Source: Candidatus Aminicenantes bacterium (GTDB lineage Bacteria; Acidobacteriota; Aminicenantia; Aminicenantales; Saccharicenantaceae). From it: 64,000 nt of DNA. The translations under genes and the position numbers were made by a program. The stretch spans positions 131,765-195,764 of the forward strand of contig CAVSAI010000029.1 in the NCBI GenBank assembly GCA_963725825.1. The letters are read 5' to 3'. Shown here piece after piece: positions 26,118-35,310 of the stretch (its first letter is position 1; every line of letters starts with the position of its first letter). The notes under the pieces were generated by a model. The model was given only the letters and a program-made list of their open reading frames with translations. It had not been told where the DNA came from and did not search any database.

Positions 26118-28240
26118 GACGACTTCCCCTGTTTCGCCCCGGAGAGCCCGGCGACATCGACCAGCCCGCGGCCGTCCATGTGGGCCGGCGGCGAGATCCC
26201 GAAGAGCTCCAGGACGGTCGGCGCGACGTCCATGATCGACGGGTCCGCCCGCTTGAACTTGAGGTTCGAGAAGAGGACCCCCGGCACGAGGGCGGGGTCG
26301 ATGCAGTGGTCGCCGCTCCAGGCCTTGGTGTTGTCTTCGAGGACGACTCGGTTGACGACGCCGGTGACGCCGTCCCACGACGCCCGGAAGCCCTCGTTGT
26401 AGCCGATGATGAGGTCCGGGGCGTTCTCTTTGTAGGGGCCGGCGTAGACGGCTTCGCGATCGTAGACGTGGGTGATCGCGGCCGGGCCGTTCGGGCCGTC
26501 CTTGAGCGCCGTGAGCTTGCGCCCGAGCTCGGCTTTGAGCGCGGCGGCCTCGGCGCCCAAGCCGACGACCCCTTGGGCCTCGCGGCCCTTGAGGTTGAGG
26601 TAGAGGCCGCCGAGCCCGAGAGCATAGGCCTGCGTCTTCGTCCAATCGACGTCCTTGAACCACTCGCCGCTCGCGTCCTTGCCCGCGGCGAGGGCCAGGT
26701 AGCCGTTCTGGTGGAGCCAGGAGTTGAGGTTGACGCCCCGACGGAAGGACTTGAACCCATGGTCCGACATGACAAAGAGGGCCCCCTTCGGGCCGAGGCC
26801 CGCGGCGATCCGGCCGACGAGCCCGTCCATCTTCCTGTAGAGCTCCTCGATGACGGCCGCGCTCATGCGGGCCGGGGCGGACTTGAGCGCCGGGTGGCTC
26901 TTGTCGAGATATCTGAAGAACATGTGCTGGATGCTGTCGGTCGTCTCGAAGACGATGACGACGACGCCGCGCGGCGTCTTGGCCAGGGCGTTGTCGAGCA
27001 TGGCCTCCCACTCGGCGTGATTGGCGTAGGTCAGCTCGAGGAAGGCCGCCTCGTCGAGGGCCCCCTCGTTGAGGGCCCAGGTGTCGTTGGCCTCGCCGAG
27101 AGTGATGAAGCGGCCGAGGAGCTTGGCCAGGTAGACGGAATAGATGAACGGATGCGAGATCGGCAGGGCCGGCTTCTCGGGATCGATATTGAGCGGCGTC
27201 ACGTACATCTCGAACTTAGGCTCGAGCGAGGCGATGCGGAAGCGGCAGGTGCCCCGGACCTTCATGCCGAGACCGGGCTTGAACGTGACCGGCGTCCAGG
27301 GAGTGAAGGTTTTTTCTTTCAAGAAGAATCTCTTCTGCCCTTCGATCTGGAGCCAGGCTCCTCCGGCCTCCCGGTCGATGGTGATGGTCAGGGGGAGCCG
27401 GATCTCCTCCGGCTTCCTGAGCAGGGAATTCTCCGGGCCGGAGAGCGCCGTCCTGATGACCTGGCCCTCGCGGCGGACGAGAACGGCCACCCCTCCCTCG
27501 TGCTTGCGGACCTTTTCGGCGTCCTCGGTGAAGAACGCGAAGGTTCCCTGGCTTCCCTTGAGGTCCGGGGCGCACATGCCGGAGAGCATATGCCCTTTGA
27601 ACTTCTCGGGCGGGAAGGTGATGGGCACCCTCAGGACCGTGGAGGCGATGCCTTTCTCGCCCAAGATCTTCCAGAAGGGCACGCTCTTCCTCATGCCCCG
27701 GATCTCGGGCTTGGAGAGCGGGACGAGGTACTTGCCCAGGGCCAGCGTCCGCTTTGGCTTTCCGATCCGGGCCGAGGACAGATCGGGGAGGTAGGTCCGG
27801 GGGTCGCGGCTGAGGAAATCGAAGATGTTGTGCTTGGACGGCTCCGAGCCGGTCATGAAAGACGACCAGGCGACGGGGGAGATGGCGGGCGTCGTCGTCC
27901 GCAGGCGGGCGTACGACCCTTCCTTCTTCAAGCGGGCCAGGTTCGGCAGCTTCCCCTCGGCCATGAATTTCTCGGCGAGCGTCGGCTCCATGCCGTCGAG
28001 CCCGAGGACGACCAGGCGCTCGATCGGTCCTTTCTTGTAGGCCCGCTGGCCGCGGATCGCCTTCCAGACGAACCGGAAGGGCCAGGACAGGAACGAGAAC
28101 AAGGCCAGCAGAAAGGTCAGGAACAGGACCAGGAACGACGAGAGAAAGGCGAATCCGGCGCCGGGGCCGATATAGGCGGCCAGAGGAAGGGCCAGGGCGA
28201 GGAAGACCGTCGCCGCGACGAGGAGGCCCCTGCTCTTCAT
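26114..28240 (-). CDS. alkaline phosphatase superfamily protein (NPP-like), membrane-hairpin-tethered paralog
   Basis: Start ATG 28240 overlaps the upstream stop (TGATG). Two N-terminal TM helices flanked by basic residues on both sides. GLDGME, TPAISPVAWSSFMTGSEPSKHN, MSDHGF and WSGDH. Confidence 0.8.
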   Translation of the reverse strand: MKSRGLLVAATVFLALALPLAAYIGPGAGFAFLSSFLVLFLTFLLALFSFLSWPFRFVWKAIRGQRAYKKGPIERLVVLGLDGMEPTLAEKFMAEGKLPNLARLKKEGSYARLRTTTPAISPVAWSSFMTGSEPSKHNIFDFLSRDPRTYLPDLSSARIGKPKRTLALGKYLVPLSKPEIRGMRKSVPFWKILGEKGIASTVLRVPITFPPEKFKGHMLSGMCAPDLKGSQGTFAFFTEDAEKVRKHEGGVAVLVRREGQVIRTALSGPENSLLRKPEEIRLPLTITIDREAGGAWLQIEGQKRFFLKEKTFTPWTPVTFKPGLGMKVRGTCRFRIASLEPKFEMYVTPLNIDPEKPALPISHPFIYSVYLAKLLGRFITLGEANDTWALNEGALDEAAFLELTYANHAEWEAMLDNALAKTPRGVVVIVFETTDSIQHMFFRYLDKSHPALKSAPARMSAAVIEELYRKMDGLVGRIAAGLGPKGALFVMSDHGFKSFRRGVNLNSWLHQNGYLALAAGKDASGEWFKDVDWTKTQAYALGLGGLYLNLKGREAQGVVGLGAEAAALKAELGRKLTALKDGPNGPAAITHVYDREAVYAGPYKENAPDLIIGYNEGFRASWDGVTGVVNRVVLEDNTKAWSGDHCIDPALVPGVLFSNLKFKRADPSIMDVAPTVLELFGISPPAHMDGRGLVDVAGLSGAKQGKSS

Positions 28241-29532
28241 CAGTAATTCTTCAGGATGACCGGCGCGACATCGGCGATCTTGAGGTCGTCGCCGAGGTCC
28301 TCCGAGGCCCAAAAGAAGGCGTCGTCCCAAGTGTGCATGCCCTGGAGCCCGGACCTCCCGAAGATGTCCTTCTTCCTGACCGAGCCCTTCATGTCGAAGC
28401 CCGGCTCGGCGACGACGATGAGGTCGGGGCCTTTGGAGGCCTGCGGCCCGGAGTAGACGTCCTCGGCCATGAAGACCTTGCGCACGACCTTGCGGCCCTG
28501 GTATTCGAGCTTGGCCAGCTTGGCGGCGATGTCTCCCTTGAGGGATTTTCGCGCCGAGCGCTCGACGGAGCCCTTGGGGAACCTGTTCTTATAGTTGAGG
28601 TAGATCCTATTGGGGTCCAGGGCGAAGGCCCGAGATCGGCCGTGGATGTCCTCGAGAGACTCGGGCTCGGGCTTGATGAATCTCAGGTAGCCGTTCTTCT
28701 CCAGCCAGGCGTTGAGATAGACCTCCTGATCGATGCCGGTGAAGCCGTGATCGGACAGGATGTAGAACCCGGCGTAGGTGTTCGTCAGCTTGTGATAGGC
28801 GGCGACGATCTTGCCGATGAGCCGGTCGAGGTGCCGGTAGAAATCGAGGAAGCTCTGGTGCGACGGGTGCGTCGGGTCCTCATAGGCCCGCCAGAGAAAG
28901 TGATGCAACCGGTCCGTGCCTGTGACCACATACTCGAAGTAGTCCCAGCCTTCCTCCCAGAAGAAGTTCAGGGCCTTCTGGCCGCCGGCCATGGTCTTAC
29001 TGAGCTCCTGCCAGAGGATCTCCGGGCTTTCCCGGCATTTGAGGATGTCGACGTCGATCTGGTAGCCCATTTGCTCCAGGACCGCCCGGTAGGACATGGG
29101 CCAGACCGCCTTGGCCAGCTCCAGCGCGACGAAGCCGGAGATGAGGACCCCCTCGATCTTCCGCGCGGGATAGGTCGAGGGCTGGTTGATGACGACGCTC
29201 TTCTTGCCCCGCGCGCCGAGCTTGTCCCAGATGGTCGGGGCCTTGAGGTCGAGGAAGTTGGGGTAGCGGACCGTGTAGGACTTCGGTCTAAAATCGGTGA
29301 ATCCGAAGATGCCGTGGGTGCCGGCGTTGGTCCCGGTCATGAAGTCCGTCCAGGAGACCGAAGAGATCTCGGGCAGGCTGGCCTTCATCTGGTGGATCTT
29401 GCCGATGTCCATCAGTCGGGCCATGGTCGACATGACCCCGCGGCGGGCCAGCTCGACGATCATGCCGTAGGGCACGCCGTCGAGGCCGATGACGCAGGCC
29501 CGGTTGGTTTTCTTGCTCTTCAGGACGGCCAT
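28240..29532 (-). CDS. alkaline phosphatase superfamily protein (NPP-like), cytoplasmic short paralog
   Basis: No signal peptide or TM helix. GLDGVP, LPEISSVSWTDFMTGTNAGTHG and LSDHGF. It lacks the WSGDH motif of the two longer paralogs. Confidence 0.8.
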   Translation of the reverse strand: MAVLKSKKTNRACVIGLDGVPYGMIVELARRGVMSTMARLMDIGKIHQMKASLPEISSVSWTDFMTGTNAGTHGIFGFTDFRPKSYTVRYPNFLDLKAPTIWDKLGARGKKSVVINQPSTYPARKIEGVLISGFVALELAKAVWPMSYRAVLEQMGYQIDVDILKCRESPEILWQELSKTMAGGQKALNFFWEEGWDYFEYVVTGTDRLHHFLWRAYEDPTHPSHQSFLDFYRHLDRLIGKIVAAYHKLTNTYAGFYILSDHGFTGIDQEVYLNAWLEKNGYLRFIKPEPESLEDIHGRSRAFALDPNRIYLNYKNRFPKGSVERSARKSLKGDIAAKLAKLEYQGRKVVRKVFMAEDVYSGPQASKGPDLIVVAEPGFDMKGSVRKKDIFGRSGLQGMHTWDDAFFWASEDLGDDLKIADVAPVILKNY

Positions 29533-29560
29533 GATCAGCTTTTCTGTTCCCGAAACAGCT

Positions 29561-29589
29561 ATTTTACCGCAAGTTACACGTCAGGTCAA
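29561..29589 (-). promoter_or_regulatory. sigma70-like promoter of the NPP-paralog operon
   Basis: Minus strand: TTGACC (29584-29589), N17, TAAAAT (29561-29566). Confidence 0.6.
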
Positions 29590-29600
29590 CCAGATTCGAG

Positions 29601-29629
29601 TTGACATTGGCCGGCGGCAGTTGTTAAAT
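29601..29629 (+). promoter_or_regulatory. sigma70-like promoter of the class III aminotransferase gene
   Basis: TTGACA (29601-29606), N17, TTAAAT (29624-29629). AAGAGGA SD before the ATG at 29651. Confidence 0.6.
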
Positions 29630-29650
29630 GAAGCACGAAAAAGAGGACCC

Positions 29651-31051
29651 ATGACAGGATTCGACAGGCTCCGGGCCCATCTGGTTCGGGAGTACGAGAA
29701 GAAGACAGCCCGCAGCCGGTCGATCTTCCGGCGCGCCGAAAAGGTCATGATCGCCGGCGGGAGCCATACCATCCGGCTGTGGCGCCCCTATCCCTTTTTC
29801 GCGGCGGCGGCCGAGGGCCCGGCCGTCCGCGACGTCGACGGCAATACCTATATCGATTATTGGCAGGGGCATTACGCCAACGTCCTCGGTCACAATCCGC
29901 GGCCCATCCGCAGAGGGATCGCGGCCTGCCTCGAGCGCGGCGCCCTGCACACGGGATTCGAGGCCGGCCATCAGATCGAGCTGGCCGAGGCCCTGGTCCG
30001 CGGACTCGGGGGCCGCGACGCCAAGGTCCGCTTCACCACTTCCGGGACCCTGGCCACGATGTACGCCGTCATGATGGCTCAGGGATTGACCGGGCGGGAC
30101 CACGTCCTGAAGGTCGGCGGGGGCTGGCACGGCGCGTCCCCCTATCTTCTCAAGGGCGTCAAGTACCGCGCCGGCGAGGGGTTCGAAGGACGGGAATCGG
30201 CCGGGCTCCTCGATGAGATCGTCAAGCGCACTCTGGTCACCCGGTTCAATGACTGCGACGATCTGGAGAGGATCGTCGCGGAGCGCGGCGACCGCGTCGC
30301 CTGTTTCATCGTCGAGCCCTTCCTCGGCGTCGGCGGCTTCCTTGCGGCCTCGCAAGAGTACCTCGAACGGGCCCGCCGGCTAACCGCGAAGCACGGCATC
30401 CTGCTCGTCTTCGACGAGATCATCTCGGGCTTCCGCTTCTGCCCGGGCGGGGTCCAGACGCTCTACGGCGTCCGCCCGGACCTGACGACGCTCGGCAAGA
30501 TCATCGGCGGCGGTCACGCCGTGGCGGCGGTCGTCGGGCCGCGAGAGATCATGGAAGAGTGCGAGCGCGGGCGCGGCGGGGGCGACCGCGTCTATTTCGA
30601 AGGAGGTACCTTCTCGGCCCATACGGAGTATATGAAGGCCGGCCTGGCCATGCTCGGCTATCTGGCTGATCATGCGGCGACGGTCTATCCGAAGATCGCC
30701 CGGTTGGGGGAACGGCTTCGCCGGGGGATCGAACGCGTCTTCGCCGAGGCCGGCCTCCGGGCCCGCTGCACGGGCGACGGGAACGAGGTCGTCCGCGGCA
30801 GCTCGATGTTCATGCTCCATTTCCCGCGCTCGGCGGACGTGGCCTACGACCGTCCGGAGGACATCCACGATCCCGCGCGGTCGGATCTGCCCCGCCGGGA
30901 AGACCTGTTGAAGCTCGCCCTTCTCGTCAACGGCGTCAACGTCGTCCACGGCGGCGGGGCGGTTTCGTCGGCCCACGGGCCGCGGGAGATCGAGGCCACG
31001 CTCGCGGCCTACGCCGAAGCGGCCAGGCTATTCGGGAAATATTTGGATTGA
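29651..31051 (+). CDS. class III aminotransferase (glutamate-1-semialdehyde 2,1-aminomutase-like)
   Basis: FTTSGTLATM, FDEIISGFRF and TLGKIIGGG (PLP lysine). The track ORF from 29489 is a 5' artefact. Confidence 0.85.
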   Translation: MTGFDRLRAHLVREYEKKTARSRSIFRRAEKVMIAGGSHTIRLWRPYPFFAAAAEGPAVRDVDGNTYIDYWQGHYANVLGHNPRPIRRGIAACLERGALHTGFEAGHQIELAEALVRGLGGRDAKVRFTTSGTLATMYAVMMAQGLTGRDHVLKVGGGWHGASPYLLKGVKYRAGEGFEGRESAGLLDEIVKRTLVTRFNDCDDLERIVAERGDRVACFIVEPFLGVGGFLAASQEYLERARRLTAKHGILLVFDEIISGFRFCPGGVQTLYGVRPDLTTLGKIIGGGHAVAAVVGPREIMEECERGRGGGDRVYFEGGTFSAHTEYMKAGLAMLGYLADHAATVYPKIARLGERLRRGIERVFAEAGLRARCTGDGNEVVRGSSMFMLHFPRSADVAYDRPEDIHDPARSDLPRREDLLKLALLVNGVNVVHGGGAVSSAHGPREIEATLAAYAEAARLFGKYLD

Positions 31052-31073
31052 CGCCGGCGGCTCGCCGGAGGGG

Positions 31074-33782
31074 TCAGGGGTTCTTATCCAGCTCGAATCT
31101 GTAGGCGCCGCTTCCGACCTCGAAGACGACGCGATTCGCGTCGTGGCGCGCTAGCGCGATCCCCGGGGCGCCTCCGGCCGCGAACCCGCCCCGCCACAGC
31201 AGCTTCCCCGATTCTGCGATCCTGGCCCCCGGCCAGAGCAGCGGCACGTGAACCTCGCCCGAGGCGCCGACGGGGATCATGATCTCGAGGGAGAACGCCT
31301 CGTCGGACCTCCGCCACGACGCCGCCACCCGGCCGGCGATCGTGTCCACCGCGGCATCGACCGAGGTCAGGTCGCCGAGGGCGTGCGGCCGGACGCGGAC
31401 GGCCTTCCATCCCGGCAGGAGCGGGGAGAGGCCGGCGAGAATTCGATAGAACCAGGCGTCGATGCTGCCGAGCATGATGTGGTTCTGCGAGTTCATGGCC
31501 GGGCCGGTCAGCTTTTCCCAGCGCTCCCAGAGGGTCGTCGCGTCTTCGGCGAGCATGTAGCCCCAGCCGGGGTAGCTCTTCTGCGTCGCCACGCGCCAAG
31601 CCGCCTCTTCCTGGCCGTTCGCGGTCAGAACGTCAAGGAGGTAGCGCGTCCCCAGGATGCCGGTGTCGACGTGGCAGTCCTGCTGGCGGACGACGCTTTG
31701 GACGAGGCTGGCCACGACCTTGTCCTTTCGGTCTGCCGGGACCATGTCCAGATAGAGCGGCAGGACGTTGGAGGTCTGGTTGGGGTAGGTGTCCACGGGG
31801 CTGACGCGGATCGCCGCGTACTGGCTCTCGCCGAGGTAGGCCGCGTTGAACGAGGTCTTGATCGACTCAGCCAGCCGGCGGTATCCCCGGGCTTCCTCCT
31901 CGCGGCCGATCACCGCGGCCATGCGGGCCAGAACGAGAACGTCGTGGTAGTAGTACCAAGTCGAGGTCAGATCGACCGGCGTCTTCTTCGGCACGATGCC
32001 GCCGGGCGGACACCAATCGCCGTATTTGCCGAGCGTGCGGATGATGCCGCCGTCGGCGCTGCGGCCCAGGAAATCGATGTACCTCTTGAGGGCCCCATAA
32101 TGGAGGCCGACGACCCGGCGGTCGCCATAGTGCTCCCAGAGGAGCTCGACCAAGGTCGCGTAGGCCGAGCTCCAGGCGGGATCGGCCGGGTAGAGCCGGG
32201 GAAGATAGGCCGGCGCGACATCGGGCAGGCTGCCGTCCTCCCGCTGGGCCAGGCGGATATCGTCGAGGAACTTCGTATAGAAAGCGGCCATGTCGAAATT
32301 GAACACCGCTTCCTCGGCCGAAAGGTGGGCGTCGCCGAGCCAGCCGTGCCGCTCGTCGCGTTGAGGACAATCCGTGGGGATGCTCATGAGGTTCGAGAGC
32401 TGGCCCCAAAGGACGTTCCGATGGATGCGGTCGATGAGGTCGTTCGAGGAGCGGAAATCGCCCGCGCGCCCGACGTCCGAGTGGACGAACCGGCCCTCGA
32501 GGGCGTCGGGCCCGGGGTTGCCCGGGCAGCCGGTCATTTCGACGAAGCGGAACCCGTGATAGGTGAACCGCGGCTCGTGGACCTCGGGCCCGCCGCCGCG
32601 GAGGATATAGACGTCGGTGGCCTCGGCGTTCTCGTTGGGACCGAGATTGAGCGTCCCGTCGTCGTTGAGAAGCTCGGCGTGGCGGAGGCGGATCTCCGTG
32701 CCCTTCGGGCCCTCAACCTTCAAGCGGGTCCAGCCGGAGAAATTCTGGCCGAAATCGAAGACCGAAGCCCCCGAGGGCAGCCGCCGGACGGATCTCGGGC
32801 TGAGGATCTCGACAACCCGGACCGGGGGTATCATCTGGGAGGCGAGCGGGCTGCCGGCCACAGGGACCGCCTCTTCCCAGGCCCGGTCGTCGAAGCCCGG
32901 CTGGTCCCAGCCGTCGACCAGGATGCGGGCGTCGTACCGCTCGCCGTAGTAGAGCCCGTTCTCCCGGAGAGGGCCGTCCGATGTCCGCCAGCTCTCGTCG
33001 GCGAAAAGGATCTCCCGTTCGCCGCTGGCGTACTCGACCTCGATGCGGCAGGCGAGCCGGGGCCCCTCATATCCGTAGCTCCTGATGTGCCGCCCGTTGC
33101 CGAGGATGACGCCGACGGCGTTCCGATCGCGGACGAGGGCGGTCACATCGTACGAGGCGTACAGGGCTTTCTTTTTATAGTCCGTCCAGCCGGGATCGAG
33201 GACGCTCGTCCCGACTTTGTCGCCGTTCAGGCGGAGCTCGTAGTGGCCGAGACCGGAGACGAAGATCATGGCCAGGGCCGCCCTGTCCTTAAGCCCGAAT
33301 TCCCGCCGGAGGTAGACCGCGCACGCTTGCGTGTCGTCGGCGCCGGGGTGACCGAGGAGGACCGTGCCTTTGGAGCGGAACTCCGTCACCCGGCGAGGTC
33401 CGATCCACTTGGCCTTCCAGTCGCCGGGATAAAGGAAGCCCGTCACAAAGGAAGCCGTCTCGCTCCAGGCGCTGACCCGGTCCTCCCGGTCCCACCAACG
33501 GACCTTCCAGACATAGCGGGCGCAGCTCGATAGCGGCTCGCCTCCGTACTCGAGCGATACGGAGCTTCCGGCCTCGGCGCGCCCCGTGTCCCAGAGATCG
33601 CCGATGTCCCGCCTCAAGAGCTCGGGAGCGGACGACACGAGAACCTGGAAGGCTCTTGGATGCTCGCCGCGGAGAGGGCTCTCGACGACCCAGGAAAGCC
33701 GGGGGAAAACGGAATCGACGCCGACCGGCTCGGCGAGATATTCGCAGCGGAGGCGGACCGGCGGGAGAGGTGTCGGCGCCAA
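31074..33782 (-). CDS. alpha-L-rhamnosidase (GH78)
   Basis: N-terminal LRCEYLAEPVGVD...PRLSW, and length and domain order typical of GH78. TTG start 12 nt after the HD-GYP stop. Confidence 0.9.
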   Translation of the reverse strand: MAPTPLPPVRLRCEYLAEPVGVDSVFPRLSWVVESPLRGEHPRAFQVLVSSAPELLRRDIGDLWDTGRAEAGSSVSLEYGGEPLSSCARYVWKVRWWDREDRVSAWSETASFVTGFLYPGDWKAKWIGPRRVTEFRSKGTVLLGHPGADDTQACAVYLRREFGLKDRAALAMIFVSGLGHYELRLNGDKVGTSVLDPGWTDYKKKALYASYDVTALVRDRNAVGVILGNGRHIRSYGYEGPRLACRIEVEYASGEREILFADESWRTSDGPLRENGLYYGERYDARILVDGWDQPGFDDRAWEEAVPVAGSPLASQMIPPVRVVEILSPRSVRRLPSGASVFDFGQNFSGWTRLKVEGPKGTEIRLRHAELLNDDGTLNLGPNENAEATDVYILRGGGPEVHEPRFTYHGFRFVEMTGCPGNPGPDALEGRFVHSDVGRAGDFRSSNDLIDRIHRNVLWGQLSNLMSIPTDCPQRDERHGWLGDAHLSAEEAVFNFDMAAFYTKFLDDIRLAQREDGSLPDVAPAYLPRLYPADPAWSSAYATLVELLWEHYGDRRVVGLHYGALKRYIDFLGRSADGGIIRTLGKYGDWCPPGGIVPKKTPVDLTSTWYYYHDVLVLARMAAVIGREEEARGYRRLAESIKTSFNAAYLGESQYAAIRVSPVDTYPNQTSNVLPLYLDMVPADRKDKVVASLVQSVVRQQDCHVDTGILGTRYLLDVLTANGQEEAAWRVATQKSYPGWGYMLAEDATTLWERWEKLTGPAMNSQNHIMLGSIDAWFYRILAGLSPLLPGWKAVRVRPHALGDLTSVDAAVDTIAGRVAASWRRSDEAFSLEIMIPVGASGEVHVPLLWPGARIAESGKLLWRGGFAAGGAPGIALARHDANRVVFEVGSGAYRFELDKNP

Positions 33783-33794
33783 ATCAAGCCAGCC

Positions 33795-35300
33795 TCATGA
33801 GGAAACTTCAGCGCGGGCCGACGACGCGGCCTGGGCCAGGAAGTAGTCGCCCACCTCGATGCCGTACTTGGACGGGTCGAGTGAGGTCGCGATGGTCCTG
33901 AGGAAACGTCCCGTGGCGGCGTCCCTCTCGGCGAGGTCGACGATCTCGCCATCGATCTTGTTGCCGGCCGGATCGGTGATGAGCTTGACCGCCGGCCGGA
34001 GAACGAGCTTGGGGTCGGGATTGAGATCCTGGACGATGGCCAGCTCGCCCGTCGTCAGAGCGACCAGCGTGCCGATGGGGAAGACGCCCATCATGTTGAC
34101 GAAAGCCTTGAGGATGACGGGGTTGAATTCCGTCCCGCTCTGCTCGAGCATGAGGCTCAGCGCTTCGGCCCGGGAGAAGTCCTTGGCCCGGTAGACCCTC
34201 TTTGTGGTGATGGCGTCGAAGACATCGACGACCTTGACGATCTTGCTGAACAGATTGACGTCGTCCTTCTTGAAATACCGCGGGTAGCCGGACAGGTCCT
34301 CCTTGATGTGGTGCTCCATGGCGACGTGGATCGCCCGGAGCGGCAGGCGCCGGAACTCCTTGAGCAGGGCGAGCTTCTCGGCGCCGTGGAAGGGGTGCTG
34401 TTCCATGATGATCCGCTCGTCGTCGGTCAGCCGGCCCGGCTTGTTCAGGATCTCCAAAGGCGTATCGGTCTTGCCCAGGTCGTGGAAGAAGGCGGCCATG
34501 CCCAGGTCGACGAGCTCGGCCCGGCTCAGCCCGAGCCGGCGGCCCAGGGCCGTGGCCAGTAGGCAGACGTTGACGGAGTGGTTGAGCGTGTATTCGTCGT
34601 GGTTCTTGATGTTGGTCAGGCCGTAGACGAAGCCCTCGTCCTCGACGATGTGGTTGTAGATCGACTGCATGAGGCGGCGGGTCGTGCTGATCTTGATGGG
34701 CTCGTTGCGCTGCTCGCGGGCGAACGATTCCCGCAGGTGGACGATGCTGAGGAAAAAGAGCCGGGCCGAGCTCTCGTGGAGCCCCTGCGGGATCTCCTCC
34801 TCGGACAGCTTCTCGACGTCGACGTGGGACACGCCGGCGGCATCGAGGTCGGCCACGAGATGGGCGAAGCCGTCCTCCTCCTTTTTCTCGCGCCTGGCGA
34901 AAACGGACACGAAGGCATAGAGCTCGTCCAGGGTGATCCCGGGAAGGAAGGTGACGGACTCGACGGTCCTCGTGCGGAACTCCTCGATCACCGTCTTGAA
35001 CATGCCGTAGGTCCCGACGCCGAACTTGAGCCGGACGCCGTTGAGCATGAGGACGCCGTGGCGGACTCGGAGGGAGGCCTCCCCTTGGGCCTTGAGAACG
35101 GCCGACAGGGCCTCGAACAGCAGGCGTCCCCGTTCCTGGAAGGCGTCGTTCCTCGAGTCGTAGATCTTGGCGACCTTGTCGACGATGTGGAAGCGGGTCA
35201 GCAGGTCGACGCCGACCCTCTGGAAGGCCTTGGAAGCCGCCCCCGACCCGCGGGCGCCCGGGGCGTCGGAACCGGCCTCGATGAGATCTTTCTTGTCCAT
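33795..35300 (-). CDS. HD-GYP domain phosphohydrolase (probable c-di-GMP phosphodiesterase)
   Basis: HSVNV...FFHDLGK...HHIKEDLSGYPRY, that is, the HD and GYP signatures. Confidence 0.9.
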   Translation of the reverse strand: MDKKDLIEAGSDAPGARGSGAASKAFQRVGVDLLTRFHIVDKVAKIYDSRNDAFQERGRLLFEALSAVLKAQGEASLRVRHGVLMLNGVRLKFGVGTYGMFKTVIEEFRTRTVESVTFLPGITLDELYAFVSVFARREKKEEDGFAHLVADLDAAGVSHVDVEKLSEEEIPQGLHESSARLFFLSIVHLRESFAREQRNEPIKISTTRRLMQSIYNHIVEDEGFVYGLTNIKNHDEYTLNHSVNVCLLATALGRRLGLSRAELVDLGMAAFFHDLGKTDTPLEILNKPGRLTDDERIIMEQHPFHGAEKLALLKEFRRLPLRAIHVAMEHHIKEDLSGYPRYFKKDDVNLFSKIVKVVDVFDAITTKRVYRAKDFSRAEALSLMLEQSGTEFNPVILKAFVNMMGVFPIGTLVALTTGELAIVQDLNPDPKLVLRPAVKLITDPAGNKIDGEIVDLAERDAATGRFLRTIATSLDPSKYGIEVGDYFLAQAASSARAEVSS

Positions 35301-35310
35301 TCCGGCCTAT

